A stretch of 64,000 bases of DNA from Lama glama (lineage: Eukaryota): contig CM052817.1 of assembly GCA_028534125.1 (NCBI GenBank), positions 98,954,001 through 99,018,000 of the forward strand, given 5' to 3'. Numbering within the stretch: position 1 is the first letter of the stretch; every line of letters begins with the position of its first letter. The translations under genes and the position numbers were made by a program. The notes under the pieces are model-generated. The model was given only the letters and a program-made list of their open reading frames with translations, did not search any database and was not told the origin of the DNA. Positions 63,011-64,000 of this stretch are shown one piece after another.

Positions 63011-63609
63011 ACTATTTTATTCTTACTAAAATATGAAATCCTGACAAGTCAAATATAAGCATGATAACAAGGTAACTAATTTAATGTATACTGCTTGGGG
63101 ACACTGATGGTAAAAAAAGAAAAAGCAAAATTGTAGTTTTTTACATTGGAAAAATTATATATTTTATGAAGAAAAAATTCAAAGTAAGCTTTCTTAGTGA
63201 AGAAAAACAAATTGATGAACAACGTATTATTTTTAAAAGTACATGTTCTGATACATATTAACTTTCAAGGATTTATTGTGTTAGCCCACAAATGAGAAAA
63301 ACTTAAAAAACTGATCAGAGTTGAATTGAACCTTTAAGTCATTTTAAATGGACTGCATATCTGAATGTTTTCAAATGGATGTTTAAATTTAGTTTGTCCT
63401 TATTCAGTAGATACAATACTTTTTTACTTTAGTAAAAGAAATATTAATAGCAATTTTTAAATTGGAGAAGAAAAAATACCTGATAATCTTTCCAGACAGA
63501 TACAATTAATATTGTGTGGTTTTAGATATTAAAGTTTCACTTCAAATTAAAAATAAAGAAAAATCACAGATTACAAACCAACAGACAATAAATAATCTAT
63601 CTCAATCTA

Positions 63610-63790
63610 ATATAGTGGAATCAATAACTGGGTTTGAGTCTTATCTATTCAACTCACTGGTTAATTTAATTTTTCTGACCCCTACTCACTTCAATTGCCA
63701 TTTCTAAAACATAGGGTTGTTGTGAGGCTAATATGAGATAATACAGAATTCAATACGAACACAAGATCTTATTATTATTACTGTTATTGG
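63610..63790 (+). mobile_element. MIR fragment
   Basis: 'actgggtttgagtc...catagggttgttgtgaggctaatatgagataat'. Confidence 0.7.
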
Positions 63791-63839
63791 TATTATCATT
63801 AATGTGGCCCCTCGAATTAGAGACTCAACTTGCGTGATT

Positions 63840-63965
63840 CTTTTTGGGGGAGGGGGTGGCGAATCATGTTTATTTCTTTCTTTCTAGAAGGAGAACTGGG
63901 GATTGAACCCAGGACCTCATGCATATTAAGCATGTGGTCTGTCACTTTAGCTATACCCTCCCCTC
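63840..63965 (-). mobile_element. Camelid tRNA-derived SINE (Vic-1-like), more diverged
   Basis: 'actggggattgaacccaggacctcatgcatattaagcatgtgg...agctataccctcccc'. TSD caacttgcgtgatt (63826) and caacttgcctgatt (63966). Confidence 0.88.
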
Positions 63966-64000
63966 CAACTTGCCTGATTTTTAAAGCCAAAAGGTCATTC

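Larger units (their letters stand above)
57729..64000 (-). other. LRBA: LRBA intron upstream of the BEACH exon, continuing past the right edge
   Basis: AG acceptor at 57730-57729 with a polypyrimidine tract. No further BEACH coding sequence was seen to the right. Confidence 0.85.

Noticed and set aside
1..64000. Nested MAB21L2 coding sequence or additional known LRBA exons
   Set aside because: No roughly 359-aa single-exon ORF and no other BEACH, PH or WD40 peptide is visible. MAB21L2 lies in a different LRBA intron.
1..64000. CRISPR array, prokaryotic operon or NUMT
   Set aside because: The sequence is mammalian intronic DNA. I saw no regularly spaced repeats, gene-dense ORFs or mitochondrial-like segments.

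Overview
AT-rich mammalian genomic DNA, most likely from a camelid (camel/alpaca/llama group), judged from three tRNA-derived Vic-1-type SINEs and young camelid-type L1 3' ends. The window lies inside LRBA, transcribed on the minus strand. It holds one real coding exon, 57576-57728 (153 nt, phase 0/0), encoding BEACH-domain peptide [51 protein letters not shown]. About 57.5 kb of the downstream intron (1-57575) and 6.3 kb of the upstream intron (57729-64000) make up the rest. The introns contain L1, L2, L3/CR1, L4/RTE-X, MIR, MaLR LTRs, hAT and TcMar fossils, microsatellites and a 100-N assembly gap. I found no novel biological system. The best leads are several repeat-free, motif-dense blocks that may be long-range enhancers (possibly for the nested gene MAB21L2, outside this window), a candidate in-frame 57-nt cassette exon, an internally deleted L1 that keeps both ends, and a tail-only retro-insertion. 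Repeat families were recognised by eye from remembered consensus sequences, so subfamily names and boundaries are approximate unless a target-site duplication (TSD) is quoted.
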